Assembly: GCA_009914755.4 (NCBI GenBank)
Contig: CP086569.2
Span: 1,952,001 to 2,016,000 of the forward strand
Length of the DNA: 64,000 nucleotides
Direction: 5' to 3'
DNA from: the human T2T-CHM13v2.0 reference genome, Homo sapiens
Shown in pieces: positions 32,760 to 50,149 of this stretch (position 1 is its first letter; every line of letters starts with the position of its first letter). The position numbers were made by a program, and so were the translations under genes. Under the pieces are notes generated by a model, which ran no database searches, was not told the origin of the DNA, and saw nothing but the letters and a program-made list of their open reading frames with translations.

Positions 32760-33200
32760 CTCTGTAAAATATTTGAAGAGATTTATTCTGAGCGAAATAT
32801 GAGTGACCACGGCCCGTGACACAGCTCTCAGGAGATCCCGAGAACATGTACCCCAGGTGGTCGGGGTGCAGCTTGATTTTATATATTTTAGGAAGGCATG
32901 AGACATCAATCAAATACATTTCAGAAATACATTGGTTTGGTTCAGAAAGGTGGGACAACTCAACCTGGGGGCTGCCAGGCTATAGGTAAGTTTAAATATT
33001 TTCTGGTTGACAATTGGTTGAGTTTATCTGAAGACCTGGAATCAACAGAAAGGAAATGTCCAGGTGGAGATAAAGGATTGTGGGAACCAAGTTTTATTTT
33101 GCACAGGAAGCTCTCAGATAGCAGACTTCAGAGAGAACAGGTTGTAAAATGTTTCTTATCAGACCTAAAAGGGGGCCTGGCTCTTAGTTGATTATGTCCC
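32760..33200 (+). mobile_element. old interspersed repeat, family not assigned
   Basis: A paralogous copy lies at 59870-60100; both share tttata.attttagg.ag.catgagacatcaatcaa.ata. Confidence 0.4.
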
Positions 33201-33224
33201 AGATCTGGGAAGGAACAAAGGAAC

Positions 33225-34025
33225 AAAGGGAGGGACGGAAGGAAGGAGGGAAGGAGGGAAGGAAGAGAGGGAGGGAAGGAGGGAATGAAGGAGGGAATGA
33301 GGGAGGGAAGGAGGGAATGAGGGAGGGAAGGAGGGAGGCAGGGAGGGAAGGAGGGAGGCAGGGAGGGAAGGAGGGAGGCAGGGAGGGAAGGAGGGAGGCA
33401 GGGAGGGAAGGAGGGAGGCAGGGAGGGAAGGAGGGAGGCAGGGAGGGAAGCAGGGAAGGAGGGAGGGAGGGAGGGAAGGAGGGAGGGAGGGAGGGAGGGA
33501 AAGGAGGGAGGGAGGGAGGGAAGCAGGGAAGGAGGGAGGCAGGGAGGGAAGGAGGAAGGCAGGGAGGGAAGCAGGGAAGGAGGGAGGGAGGGAGGGAAAG
33601 AGGGAAGGAGGGAGGGAGGGAGGGAGGGAAAGGAGGGAGGGAGGGAGGGAAGCAGGGAAGGAGGGAGGGAGGGAGGGAAGGAGGGAGGGAGGGAGGGAAG
33701 GAGGGAAGGAGGGAGGGAGGGAGGGAGGGAAGGAGGGAGGGAGGGAAGGAGGGAGGGAGGGAAAGGAGGGAGGGAGGGAGGGAGGGAAGGAGGGAGGGAG
33801 GGAGGGAAGGGAGAGAGGGAAAGAAGGGAGGGAGGGAAAGAAGGAATGGAGGGAAGGAAGGAAGGGAAAGAAGGGAGGGAAGGAAGGAAGGGGAGAAGGG
33901 AGGAAGGAAGGGGAGAAGGAAGGAAGGAAGGGAGGAAGGAAGGGGAGAAGGAAGGAAGGAAGGGGAGAAGGAAGGGAGGAAGGAAGGGAGGAAGGGAGGT
34001 AAGGGAGGTAAGGGAGGGAGGGAGG
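33225..34025. repeat. (GGGAGGGAAGGA)n / GGAA-GGGA polypurine repeat, ~800 bp
   Basis: ggagggaaggagggaggcagggagggaagg... The ORF 33188..34117 is a translation of it. Confidence 0.95.
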
Positions 34026-34380
34026 AAAGGCTATTCTCTATAGAATGTGGATTTTTCCCACAAGAGACTTCTCAGGGCAATTTCAAGGTATGGCAAGGAA
34101 ATATATTTTGGGGTTAAATACATTGTTTTTCCTTGTCTCATTATGTTATGCCAGAGTCACATTGGAAAGTAAGTTACGATATATAGGGTTAAATAAAACC
34201 CATCTAATGAGAACTCATGGTTTGTAAAGAATGACTCCCTAGACCCTTTAGATAGGAATTTGGGCAAGATAAAAAAATCAGAACTTCGTCCTCATGATTT
34301 TGCCTGGAGCAGCTTCTGTCCTGAAATTTACCCGACTTGAAACACTATGGCTCGGAAGTCATTGAAAAGATTGGGTCTTA

Positions 34381-34689
<309 letters not shown>

Positions 34690-35361
34690 TTAAGCGTGAG
34701 CTGCCTGAGTCTCCTGGCTTGGTGCTGTCCAAATAAACACTATCCTTTCTCTTGCTGCAAAGCCTCATTGTGGAGGTTTGACCTAAGTGCACCAGGCAAG
34801 TGGACACCAGTCCAGTTTGGCAACAAAACAGGCATCAGTAACGTGGGGTACAGGGTGACAAAGGCCTACATCAGCAGCTTTTTATGAGATGAAAAGATTT
34901 CCTATCAGGAGAACATAAACAGACTTAGACTAAGGTGTTGGACTTCTGTTCGTCTGAGGATCCTGTTTCTTGCTGCCTGGTGAGAAGGTAGTGAGGTCAT
35001 TTGGGTATACATAGCAGCATTAACAGCTTGAACCTAGCGAATATAGATGCCCATCTGTCTGCAGAACTTGCCTCCCTCTGCCCTCAAATGAGCTGCTTAA
35101 GGAGCCATCCATCTTAGCTAGCTCTGCTGCGTAACAAAACGCCCCAAACGTAGTAGCTTAAAAAACAACACCCCTTTATGATCTCACAGTTCTGTAAGTC
35201 AGAAGATTGGGTTTAGATTAACAGGATGTCTCCATTTAGAGTCTCACAAGGCTGGAATTAAGGTGTCAGACAAAGCTGAGATGACATCTGTAGCTTAGGA
35301 TGCTCTTCCAGGCATGCTGAATTGGGAGGCAAAATTCAGCTTCTTGTGGTTGTGAGATTGA

Positions 35362-36143
<782 letters not shown>

Positions 36144-36448
36144 TCATCTCACCCTCTTTGAGGCAGGTCCAGCACAGATGATCTCTCCTTTGATTAAACC
36201 CACGTATGCCTAGTGTTCCATTATTGGAATGCTAAGCATGTGGAGTTATTTATATCCTACTGCTCAAGGTCATCGCCAAGATCTGATGGCAAAAATTCAA
36301 AAACTTGCAACTTCAGGCATAAATGGATTAACTCAAAGTTTTGAATCAAAGAAGATGAGTGAGGCAAGCCTCCATTAGTTTAGAGGTTAATTTTGCCACG
36401 GTTGAGAATGTGCCCCAGTCCAGGAAAAACAGACGCCAGTCACCATAG

Positions 36449-37169
<721 letters not shown>

Positions 37170-37580
37170 TAAAAGAGGCAAATGATTACATTCTTGTGAG
37201 TCTTTGATTGGCACTCTCTGAATACACATTTTACATGGCAAAGTGCGGGTAGAGGAACAGTCAATCACGCGTTCATTTCATGCACAGTAAATCCACTTTT
37301 GCATAAGACAAAGTCAACATACAGAAGAGGAAGATGTCAAACATGCATTTGTCTCAGGGTGGGCGGAGAGATCATTTCTAGTCTTATCTTTGTCCCACAC
37401 TTGTGAAGACAAGTTGTTAATTTACATTGTCAGGGAGAAATTCAACAGAACTCTGTTTTAGGGGAAAGATTTTGGAGCCCACAAGAAATTTCCTTATGAG
37501 CAATTTGTGAGAGCATCTCCGCTGGGGAGGGATGTGCAGAAATGAAGAGGCTACAACAAGTGTCTGAAGATAGTCCTGAA

Positions 37581-37883
37581 GGCCAGGTGCAGTGGCTCAT
37601 GCCTGTAATACCAGAGCTTTGGGAGGCTGAGGCAGGAGGATTGCTTGAGCCTAGCAGTTCGAGACCAGCCTGGGCAACATGGTGAAACCTCGTGTCTACC
37701 AAAAATACAGAAAAAAAAAAAAAAAAAAAGCAGCTGGGTGTGGTGATGGTGGTGCATGCCTGTAGTCCCAGCTACTTGGGAGGCTGAGGTGGGAGGATCA
37801 CTTGAGCTGAGAAGGTCAAGGCTGTGCCACTGCACTCCAGCCTGGGCAACACAGTGACAACCCAATCTCAAAAAAAAAAAAAG
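37581..37883 (+). mobile_element. Alu
   Basis: ggccaggtgcagtggctcatgcctgtaataccagagc..., a middle A-run, then ...gtgacaacccaatctcaaaaaaaaaaaaa. Confidence 0.95.
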
Positions 37884-38785
37884 ATACCCTTCCAGCCAGA
37901 TGAATGCACATGACCACTGGCATGAGAGGAGGTCGGCATTAAGATACAGGTCCTAAGGACCTTGTTGATAAAACAGGTTGTGGTAAAGAAGCTGGCCAAA
38001 CCCCATGCAAACCAAGATGGCGACGAGACTGACCTCTGGTCTTCCTCACTGTTCATTATACGCTAACTCTAATGCATTCGCTGCTAAAAGACACTTCCAT
38101 CAGCCTCATGGCAGTTTACAGATGTCATGGCAATGTCAGGAAGTTACCCTATAGGGTCTAAAAAGGGGAGGAACCCTCAGTTCCCAGAACCGCCCACCGG
38201 CTTCCCAGAAAACTCACGAATAATCTTTCCCTTGTTTCGCACAGAATCAAGAAATAACCATAAAAATCACCAACTGGCAGCCCTCGGTGCTGCTCTGCCA
38301 ATGGAGTGGCCACTCTTTATTCCTTTACTTTCTTAATCAACTTGCTTTCACTTTACTCTATGGACTCACCCCAAATTCTTTCTTGCACAAGATCCAAGAA
38401 CCCTCTCTTGGGGTCAGGATCAAGACCCCTTTCCAGTAAACAACGCCTCATGTTTTCTATAATAATTTCATTACTTTGTGTGCCCACTGACAATGGTAAT
38501 GGTCTAACCCGGGGTTGGTCAACTGCAGCCCTCTAGCAAAATCCAGCCCCTTGCCTATTTTTGTGCACCTTGTAAACCAAAAAACTATTTCCACATCTTT
38601 TAAACAGTGGGTTAAAAAAAATCAAAAGAAGGATAACACAGTTGACTGTTGGACAACATACATCTGAACTGAGCAGATTCACCCATTTGGACTTTCACCC
38701 GAGATGACTCCTCCTCCCTCTTCGTCCCCCCTCCTCCCCCCCTCCCTTCTCCTCCTCCCCTCCCCCTCCTCTCCCTACTCCTGCA

Positions 38786-39114
<329 letters not shown>

Positions 39115-39322
39115 TTAGTAAGTAGTAAAATATTTTCTCTTCTCTTCCTTAGCATTTTTTTTCTAGCTGACTTTATAATATACATAACATACAAACTATG
39201 TACTAATCGACTCTATGTTATGAATAAAGCTTCCGGTCAAGAGTACACTACCAGTATTTAACTTTTGGGGGAGTCAGAACCTATACATAGATTTTCAACT
39301 GCATAGAGGTCAGTACCCCTAA

Positions 39323-39648
<326 letters not shown>

Positions 39649-39764
39649 GGGTCAACTGTATTTTGTGCCACGTGATAAATATATACATTTACATCTCAGT
39701 GTCCCTCAAGATTCTTAGAACACAGAACTTGCCCATTCATTTACATATTGCGCTGTTGTGGTAG

Positions 39765-40116
<352 letters not shown>

Positions 40117-40274
40117 ACTACCCGACCTTGTAAGAAGTTTGTCCACCCCTGCTATGGTCAGAGCTCATAACTGGTACCTTGAAATCTGTCCGGTATGTTC
40201 TCATGCAGAACTTCAAGAGTTATACATTGTGCCAGTAGCGAAAAAAAAAAAAAAAAAAGAAAGAAAAAAAAAAG

Positions 40275-40570
40275 GGGCCAGGCATGGTGACTCACACCTG
40301 TAATCCCAACACTTTGGGAGGCTGAAGTGGGTAGACTATGAGGTCAAGAGTTCAAGACCAGCCTGACTAACATGGTGAAACGCTGTCTCTACTGAAAATA
40401 CAAAAATTAAGCGGGCGTGGTGGCAGGTGCCTGTAATCTCAGCTACTCAGAAGGCTGAGGCAGCAGAATCACATGAACCTGGGAGATGGAGGATGCAGTG
40501 AGCCAAGATCGTGCCACCGCACTCCAGCCTGGGCGACAGAGCAAGACTCTGTCTCAAAAAAAAAAAAAAG
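40275..40570 (+). mobile_element. Alu (unit 1 of tandemly duplicated Alu+flank)
   Basis: ggggccaggcatggtgactcacacctgtaatcccaacac...gaaacgctgtctctactgaaaatac...aatctcagctactcagaaggctgagg... Confidence 0.95.
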
Positions 40571-40649
40571 ATGAAGTTATGAAAATAATAAGTCCAAACA
40601 AATTTTGATTTTTGTCTTTATAGCATTATTCCTGGAGATTAAAAAAAAT

Positions 40650-40955
<306 letters not shown>

Positions 40956-41185
40956 TTATGAGATGACATTATGAAAATAATAAGCTCAAATGAACTAATT
41001 CTGATTTTTGTCTTTATAGCATTATTCCTGGACATTAAAAAAATGTGGAGGTGGCCAGTTATGGATACTAAGCACCCAGGCAGCCCCAGCCAGCACCCAA
41101 GTGGCCACTTGGAGGGTGAGAAATGAATAAAATGGCTAAGCTCTCCACAGGAGGCCGTAAGGTCCAAACACAACGGATCAGTTTG

Positions 41186-42655
41186 TGGGGGGAGGGGAGG
41201 GGGAGGGGGAGGGGGAGGAGGGGAGGGGGAGGGGGAGGGGGAGGAGGGGAGGGGGAGGGGGAGGAGGGGAGGGGGAGGAGGGGGAGGGGAGGGGGAGGGG
41301 GAGGGGGAGGGGGAGGAGGGGGAGGAGGGGGGGAGGGGGAGGGGGAGGAGGGGGAGAGGGGGAGGAGGGGGAGAGGGGGAGGAGGGGGAGAGGGGGAGAG
41401 GGGGAGGAGGGGGAGGAGGGGGAGAGGGGGAGGAGGGGGAGAGGGGGAGGAGGGGGAGGAGGGGGAGAGGGGGAGGAGGGGGAGAGGGGGAGGAGGGGGA
41501 GAGGGGGAGGAGGGGGAGAGGGGGAGGAGGGGGAGAGGGGGAGGAGGGGGAGAGGGGGAGGGGGAGGGGAAAGAGGGGGAGGGGAAGAGGGGGAGGGGAA
41601 AGAGGGGGAGGGGGAGGAGGGGTAGAAGGAGGGAGGAAGAGGGGGAGGAGGGGGAGGAGGGGGAGGGGAGGAGGGGGAGGAGGGAGGAAGAGGAGGAGGG
41701 AGAAGGGAGGAGGAGGGAGAAGGGAGAAGAGGGGGAGGAGGGAGAAGGGAGAAGGGAGAAGAGGGGGGAGGAGGGAGAAGGGAGAAGAGGGGGGAGGAGG
41801 GAGAAGGGAGAAGAGGAGGGGGAAGGAGGGAGAAGGGAGAAGAGGAGGGGGAGGAGGGAGAAGGGAGAGGAGGAGGGGGAGGAGGGAGAAGGGAGAGGAG
41901 GAGGGGGAAGGAGGGAGAAGGGAGAAGAGGAGGGGGAGGAGGGAGAAGGGAGAGGAGGAGGGGGAGGAGGGAGAAGGGAGAGGAGGAGGGGGAGGAGGGA
42001 GAAGGGAGAAGAGGGGGAGGAGGGAGAAGGGAGAAGAGGAGGGGGAGGAGGGAGAAGGGAGAAGAGGAGGGAGAAGAGGAGGGAGAAGAGGAGGGAGAAG
42101 AGGAGGGAGAAGAGGAGGGAGAAGAGGAGGGAGAAGAGGGGGAGAAGGGGAGGAAGGGGAGGGGGAGGGGGAGGGGGAGGGGAGGAGGGGGAGGGGAGGA
42201 GGGGGAGGGGGAGGGGGAGGAGGGGGGAGGAGGGGGAGGAGGGGGGAGGAGGGGGAGGAGGGGGGAGGAGGAGGGGGGAGGAGGGGGAGGAGGAGGGGGG
42301 AGGAGGGGGGAGGAGGGGGAGGGGAGGGGGGAGGGGAGGGGAGGAGGGGGAGGGGAGGGGAGGAGGGGGAGGGGAGGGGAGGAGGGGGAGGGGAGGGGGA
42401 GGGGGAGGGGAGGGGGAGGAGGTGGAGGGGAGGGGGAGGAGGTGGAGGGGAGGGGGAGGAGGTGGAGGGGAGGAGGGGGAGGGGAAGGGGAGGAGGGGGA
42501 GGGGAAGGGGAGGGGGAGGGGAAGGGGAGGAGGAGGGGACGGGGAGGAGGAGGGGAAGGGGAGGAGGAGGGGAAGGGGAGGAGGAGGGGACGGGGAGGAG
42601 GAGGGGACGGGGAGGTGAAGACGAGGAGGAGGGGACGGGGAGGAGGAAGGGGAGG
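41186..42655. repeat. G-rich polypurine (GGGGA)n/(GGAGG)n/(GGGAGAA)n compound repeat, ~1.47 kb
   Basis: Uninterrupted G/A sequence, ~65% G on the + strand. The ORFs 41068..42807(-), 41123..42721(+) and 41178..42674(-) are translations of it. Confidence 0.95.
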
Positions 42656-42771
42656 ACTTCCACCCTTTTGGCACCAGGAACCGGTTTCATGGAAGACAAT
42701 TTTTCCGTGGACCGAAAATGAGGGTAGATGGTTTCAGGATGATTTGCACACATTGCATTTATTGTACACTC
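42650..42771 (+). mobile_element. fragment of the interspersed repeat family seen at 4360-5000
   Basis: ccttttggcaccaggaaccggtttcatggaagacaatttttccgtggaccg...gcacacattgcatttattgtacactctattttt. Confidence 0.45.
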
Positions 42772-43062
42772 TATTTTTCTTTTCTTTTCTTTGAGATGGA
42801 CTCTCACTCTGTTGCCCAGGCTGCAGTGCAGTGGTGCAGTCTTGGCTCACTGCACCTCCGCTTCCTGGGTTCAAGCAATTCTCCTATCTCAGCGTCTTGA
42901 GCAGCTAGGATTACGAGTGTGTGCCACCACGTACAGCTAATTTTTGAACCAGGATTTCACCATGTTGGCCAGGCTGGTCTCGAACTCCTGACCTCAAGCA
43001 ATCTGCCCACCTTGGTCTCCCAAAATGCTGGGATTACAGGCATGAGCCACCGCACGCAGTCC
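42772..43062 (-). mobile_element. Alu (with internal deletion)
   Basis: ctttgagatggactctcactctgttgcccaggctgcagtgcagtggtgc...catgagccaccgcacgcagtcc. Confidence 0.9.
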
Positions 43063-43477
43063 TCGATTTTATTTTAAAGATTATTTCTTGAAGGAGCTGA
43101 ACTCCAGTGAGCACACCCTCCCCACAGTTTTCGTCTCTTTCGCTGTTTGGTATGTCATGAAAGGAAAGATGAAAAGATCCTAATGTTATTCGTTCCTCTG
43201 AGAAATGACCGTGCTCCTTGTCCGGAGGTGAACGCCTGGCGCTCAGCTGCACACCCCGGGGGCCTGATGTTCCGATCTGGGAATGAGGTCGCCGCATCTA
43301 TTCGGTAATGACTATCATCATTTTGTTAGGGTGCCACACCAATTTTCCGCATCGTCTTCCCTGGGGTCGTAAAGAACACATTCAGGTTTGGCAGAATCTG
43401 TTCATCAAAGCTGGTCAACCTTTTCAGAGAATACACGACATTGAGACAGAAAATTTGTTTTGTTTTTCTCCAGATGA

Positions 43478-43828
<351 letters not shown>

Positions 43829-44006
43829 TGGATTCCACTTATATGAGGACCCTAGAGTTGTCAAGTTTATACAAACAGAAAGTAGAATGGTAGGTACCAG
43901 TGGCTGGGAGGAACGGGGACATGTTGTTTACTGGGGACAGAGTGTTCTGGAAATGAATGTTGGTGATGGTCGCATCATTAACATGAATGTAGTTAATACT
44001 GCTGAA

Positions 44007-44358
<352 letters not shown>

Positions 44359-44671
44359 TTACTGCAAATACAAAAGAATAACTGTAAATAACTGTAAGCG
44401 AGTGCACGGCTAGTACAATGATCTGGCCGCCCACGGTATGACTGAGGATGTCCATTTTCAGACCCTCCACATTTGCTGAAAGCAGGAGCGATCCCCTGGA
44501 AACCCTCCCAGATACAGGTGGAGAAACGTTGGAGTCATGGACCGAGTCTTTGATCTCTAGCACAAAGACCTTATGTCAATCCATCAGCCAGGAAACACAG
44601 TTCTCATGAAGTTCACACACTGAAGAGGAGAGCTGTGTGCTCCATGAGAGACGGACAAGATCAATTGGTAA

Positions 44672-45256
<585 letters not shown>

Positions 45257-46589
45257 TGACTTTAAACCCATTCGGAAGAGTTTTCCTAGAATTGCTACAC
45301 TCGGAGACATGAGGCAATGCTTACTCTGACTTTTGACGTTTTCAAGTGTACAGTTGAAAGTCAACAACATGGGTGAATGTGGCAACCCCTCCTTACACAA
45401 TCAGAGACAGTCACTGCCAAGCCGCTTCGTGGATTGTCATTAGCTTCCAATGAGAAACAGGTGCACAATCAAGGTCTAAAGATAAAGAGGGTTAAGTGCA
45501 AGACAGCAGCCATGACGTGTCGGTCCACGTACAGCCTGTCTGCCTGAGGGCTCAGTGATCCAAAAAGACACTGCAGGTCAGCACTTCAGAGTGTTCGCAA
45601 CATCCGGGGTTACTTAACCCTGTGGCTTGACAAGCAGCAGAGATTTGCAAACAATGATAGCTTCTGTGCCACTTCAGCCGAACACTGGCTCTGAAAACAG
45701 CCTCAGTATCTGACAAGCTCTCATTCCTGGGCTTGTGGCGTGGCTGTCCATTGAGAGAGCCTAAGTATATCTTCATGCCGAGGGGATGGGAGCATTTATA
45801 TAAATAAATGTTTGCACTGATTACAGCACTGCTGCCAAAGAGCTTGATGGGCGATGATGATCCGATTTCGCCATGGCAGCTTATGTTTACAGAACCCGGC
45901 TCCATTGCAGACAGGACATCGAATGTGTAACGCAGTATTTAAATGTCCACTGACATTTACAGCTCGTGTCAGCCCAAGAGGGAAGAGGCGTTGGTGTCCC
46001 AGTCTGCCAAGGAGGGCTCCTGCTATGGAATGAATGGTGTCACCCCGAATCTCATGTGTGGAAACCCTAATGCCAAAGGGGATGGTATTTGGAGACGGAG
46101 CCTTTGGGAGATGATGATGTTTACATCAGGTCGTGAAGGTGGGATCCTTATGTTGGGATTCGTGCCCTTGTAAGAAGAGACACCAGGGCACACATGCTCC
46201 CTCGTGCTCCACCCCCCTCTCTCTCTGCCCTGCGAGACCATCCGTAAACCAAGAAGAGGAACCTCTCAAGTACCCAACCATGGTGCCACCTGGATGTAAA
46301 CATTTCTGCCTCCAGTACTATAGAGAAATAAATTTCTGTTATTTATGCCACCCCATCTATGGTCCAGTTAACCCTTAAACAACACAGGTTTGAATTGCAC
46401 GGGTCCACTTCTACAGGCATTTTCTTCTACCTCTGCCACCCCGGAGCCAGCAAGACCAATCCCTCCTCTCCGCTCTCATCTTAGGCTACTCAAGGTGAAG
46501 ACGATAAGGATGAAGACCTTCATGACGATCCACTCCCACTTCAGAAATAGTAAATATATTTTCTCTTCTCTATGATTTTTAAAAATTTA

Positions 46590-46888
46590 GTTTGGTGTCC
46601 TTTTTTGTTTTTAATTATCTTTCCATAAGTGATTGGGGTACTGGTGGTATTTGGTTACCTAAGTTCTTTAGTGGTGATCTGTGAGATTTTGGTACACCCA
46701 TCACCCGAACAGTATATACTGCACCCTATTTGTAGTGTTTATCCCTCACCCCCCTCCCACTCTTCCCCCCCAAGACCCCAAATTCCATTTTATCATTCTT
46801 ATGCCTTTGTGTCCTCATAGCTTAGCTCCCACGTAACACTGAGAACATACGATGTTGGTTTTTCATCCCTGAGTTACTTCACTTAGAA
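46590..46888 (-). mobile_element. L1 3' end fragment, antisense (inside Tigger2-like copy B)
   Basis: gtgattggggtactggtggtatttggttacctaagttctttagtggtgatctgtgagattttggtacacccatcacccgaacagtatatactgcaccc...tatgcctttgtgtcctcatagcttagctcccacgtaacactgagaacatacgatgttggtttttcatccctgagttacttcacttagaataa. Confidence 0.9.
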
Positions 46889-46902
46889 TAAAAGTTCCTT
46901 AT

Positions 46903-47203
46903 CAGGCGTGGTGGCTCAAGCCTGTAATCTCCACACTTTGGGACGCCAAGGCGGGTAGGTCACCTAAGGTCAGGAGTTCAAGACCAGCCTGACCAACGTG
47001 GTGAAACCCTGTCTCTACTAAAAATACAAAAATTAGCTGGGCGTGGTGGCGTGCACCTTTAGTGCCAGCTACTCGGGAGGCTGAGGCAGGAGAATCACTT
47101 GAACGTGGGAGGCGTAGGCTGTACTGAGCAGAGATCACACCACTGAACTCCAGCCTGACTCCAGGGCAACAGAGTGAAACTCCATCTCAAAAAAAAAAAA
47201 AAA
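46903..47203 (+). mobile_element. Alu
   Basis: atcaggcgtggtggctcaagcctgtaatctccacac...gtgaaactccatctcaaaaaaaaaaaaaaa. TSD aaagttccttat. Confidence 0.95.
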
Positions 47204-47239
47204 GAATGAAAGTTCCTTATGATTTTTGATTCTCAAAGT

Positions 47240-47312
47240 TCCTTATAAGGCGATTCTCCTGCCTCAGCCTCCTGAGTAGCTGGGATTACAGGCGTGCGCC
47301 ACCATGCCCGGC
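47240..47312 (-). mobile_element. Alu internal fragment
   Basis: ggcgattctcctgcctcagcctcctgagtagctgggattacaggcgtgcgccaccatgcccggctaa. Confidence 0.8.
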
Positions 47313-47547
47313 TAAAAAAAAAACAAACAGCATTTTCTTTTCTCTAGCATACTTTAATAATACAGTATACAATACATAAAACATACAAAATATATGTTAA
47401 TCGACTTTATGGTATTGATAAGGCTTCTGCTCAACAATAGGATATTCATAAGTTTTGGGTGAGTCAAAAGTTATCTTTGGATTTTCAACTGTGCCAGGGA
47501 CGTGTGTGGCGCCCCTAACTCCCACATTGTTCAAGGGTCAACTCTAG

Positions 47548-48115
<568 letters not shown>

Positions 48116-48120
48116 TTTTT

Positions 48121-48415
48121 GGCCAGACACGGTGGTACACGCCTGTAATCCCAGCACTTTAAGAGGCCCAGGTGAGAAGACTGCTGGAGGCCAGGAGTTT
48201 AAGACCAGCCTGAGCAACAGAGGAAGATCCCATCTCTACAAAATATTTAAAATATATACATAGCTGGGAATGATGATGCGTACCTACAGCCCCAGCTACT
48301 TTAGACACTGTGGTGGGAAGATCACTCGAGCCCGGGAGGCTGAAGCTGTCGTGAGCCACAGTCACACCACTGCACTCCAGCCTGGGTGACAGAGTGAGAT
48401 CCGGTCTCGAAAAAA
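48121..48415 (+). mobile_element. Alu (old, AluJ-like)
   Basis: ggccagacacggtggtacacgcctgtaatcccagcactttaagaggcccagg...gagtgagatccggtctcgaaaaaa. Confidence 0.9.
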
Positions 48416-48546
48416 TCATCATTATCGTCACAGTAATGAGAGGAATTTTAGGTGATAGGTGGTTACTAATTTCAAAAATAGGGGCTTCCGGTTTCTCCTC
48501 TAATGATACAGGGGTTAAGAAGAAATGACTTAAGCAGATAGTAAAA

Positions 48547-48713
48547 ATTAGCTGGGTGTGGTGGTGCACACCTGTCATCCCAGCTACTTGGGAGGCTGAG
48601 ATGTGAGGATCACCTGAGCCTCGGAAGTTGAAGTTGCAGTGAGCCATGATCACACCACTGCACTCCAGCCTGGGTAACAGATGGAGACCCTGTCTGGAAA
48701 AAAAAAAAAAAAG
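48547..48713 (+). mobile_element. Alu right-monomer fragment (FRAM-like)
   Basis: attagctgggtgtggtggtgcacacctgtcatcccagctacttgggaggctgag...gatggagaccctgtctggaaaaaaaaaaaaaaa. Confidence 0.85.
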
Positions 48714-49371
48714 ATTTTGCACAAAGTTTTACGATGACTCTGCTTTGTAATTAAAAGTAATTTCTGCTTTGTTGGTGATTTCTCACACATTTATCTGGTA
48801 GACCAGATACCTGCATGTGATAGGGTAAGAAGGACCCATTTCCCTCCAAGGAGAACAGCATTGCAAGGGGGTTGAGGACGCATGCATGTGGAATCCAAAC
48901 ATTGAATGCACTGAGACGGCGCTGCATGAAGCCTGTCTGTGAGTTTATGATGAAGCTGCACAGAGCTCCGTAGGCGGCTCTCACTCCTCTCTCTCAGCCT
49001 TTGGCTTCAGTTTAATTGCATACACACCCTTCAGAGCTGCTCGGGGCCCCCACTTCTTCAGCCTTCTGGCATTTTTCTAAGAAACACTAAACCTCTTTCC
49101 AACGTTGCCCTTGGATTTTGTGTGCACGTCTTCCAGCCCTTGAGCTGCTTGACCTGTGCTTGCAAGGGTTCCATAACACTGGATAGGACAGAAGCTCCGC
49201 CCAGCCCCAGGTGAAAGCTCTGTGCTCTTCAGGGACCATGTCCTATTCACACTGTCTCCCTCACATCTAATACAGTCATGATACTCGGCAATATAGTACT
49301 CCACCCAACAGGCAACTCAGAGTCTGCCAGTGATACAGGAGTTAAGAAGAAATCACTTAGGCAGACAGTAA

Positions 49372-49711
<340 letters not shown>

Positions 49712-49827
49712 AGCTTTTCTCTTTAACGAAAAGCAGCCCCAAGTCATTTTCTAACAATGAACAGCCTGTCAAGTCGAGCTGCAGACATACACAAGCCAGC
49801 TGGGAGCTTGTACGGGTGAATGTCGGG

Positions 49828-50120
49828 AGGACCTAGGGACTAGACACGTTCAAGATGGCGGCTCCATCTTCCCGGGAGGAACTAACGACTAGACACGTTC
49901 AAGATGGCGGCTCCATCTTCCGGGCAGGAACTAGGGACTAGACACGTTCAAGATGGCGGCTCCATCTTCCCGGCAGGAACTAGGGACTAGACACGTTCAA
50001 GATGGCGGTTCCATCTTCCCGGCAGGAACTAGGGACTAGACACATTCAAAACGGCGGCTCCATCTTCCCAGCAGGAACTAGAGACTAGACACGTTCAAGA
50101 CAGTGGCTCCATCTTCCCTC
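49828..50120. repeat. 49-bp tandem repeat x ~6 (ggactagacacgttcaagatggcggctccatcttcccggcaggaactag)
   Basis: gttcaag recurs at 49848, 49897, 49946, 49995, 50044 and 50093. Each unit has the inverted repeat AAGATGG-n7-CCATCTT. Confidence 0.9.
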
Positions 50121-50149
50121 CTCTTTGTCAGCCACATGTAAAGTAAGAA

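Noticed and set aside
33188-34117. ORF 33188..34117(+) 309 aa, GREGGKEG...
   Set aside because: It is a translation of the GGAA/GGGA repeat.
41068-42807. ORFs 41068..42807(-) 579 aa, 41123..42721(+) 532 aa, 41178..42674(-) 498 aa
   Set aside because: They are translations of the G-rich (GGGGA)n block, giving poly-P/S/L or poly-G/E/R. No codon structure is present.
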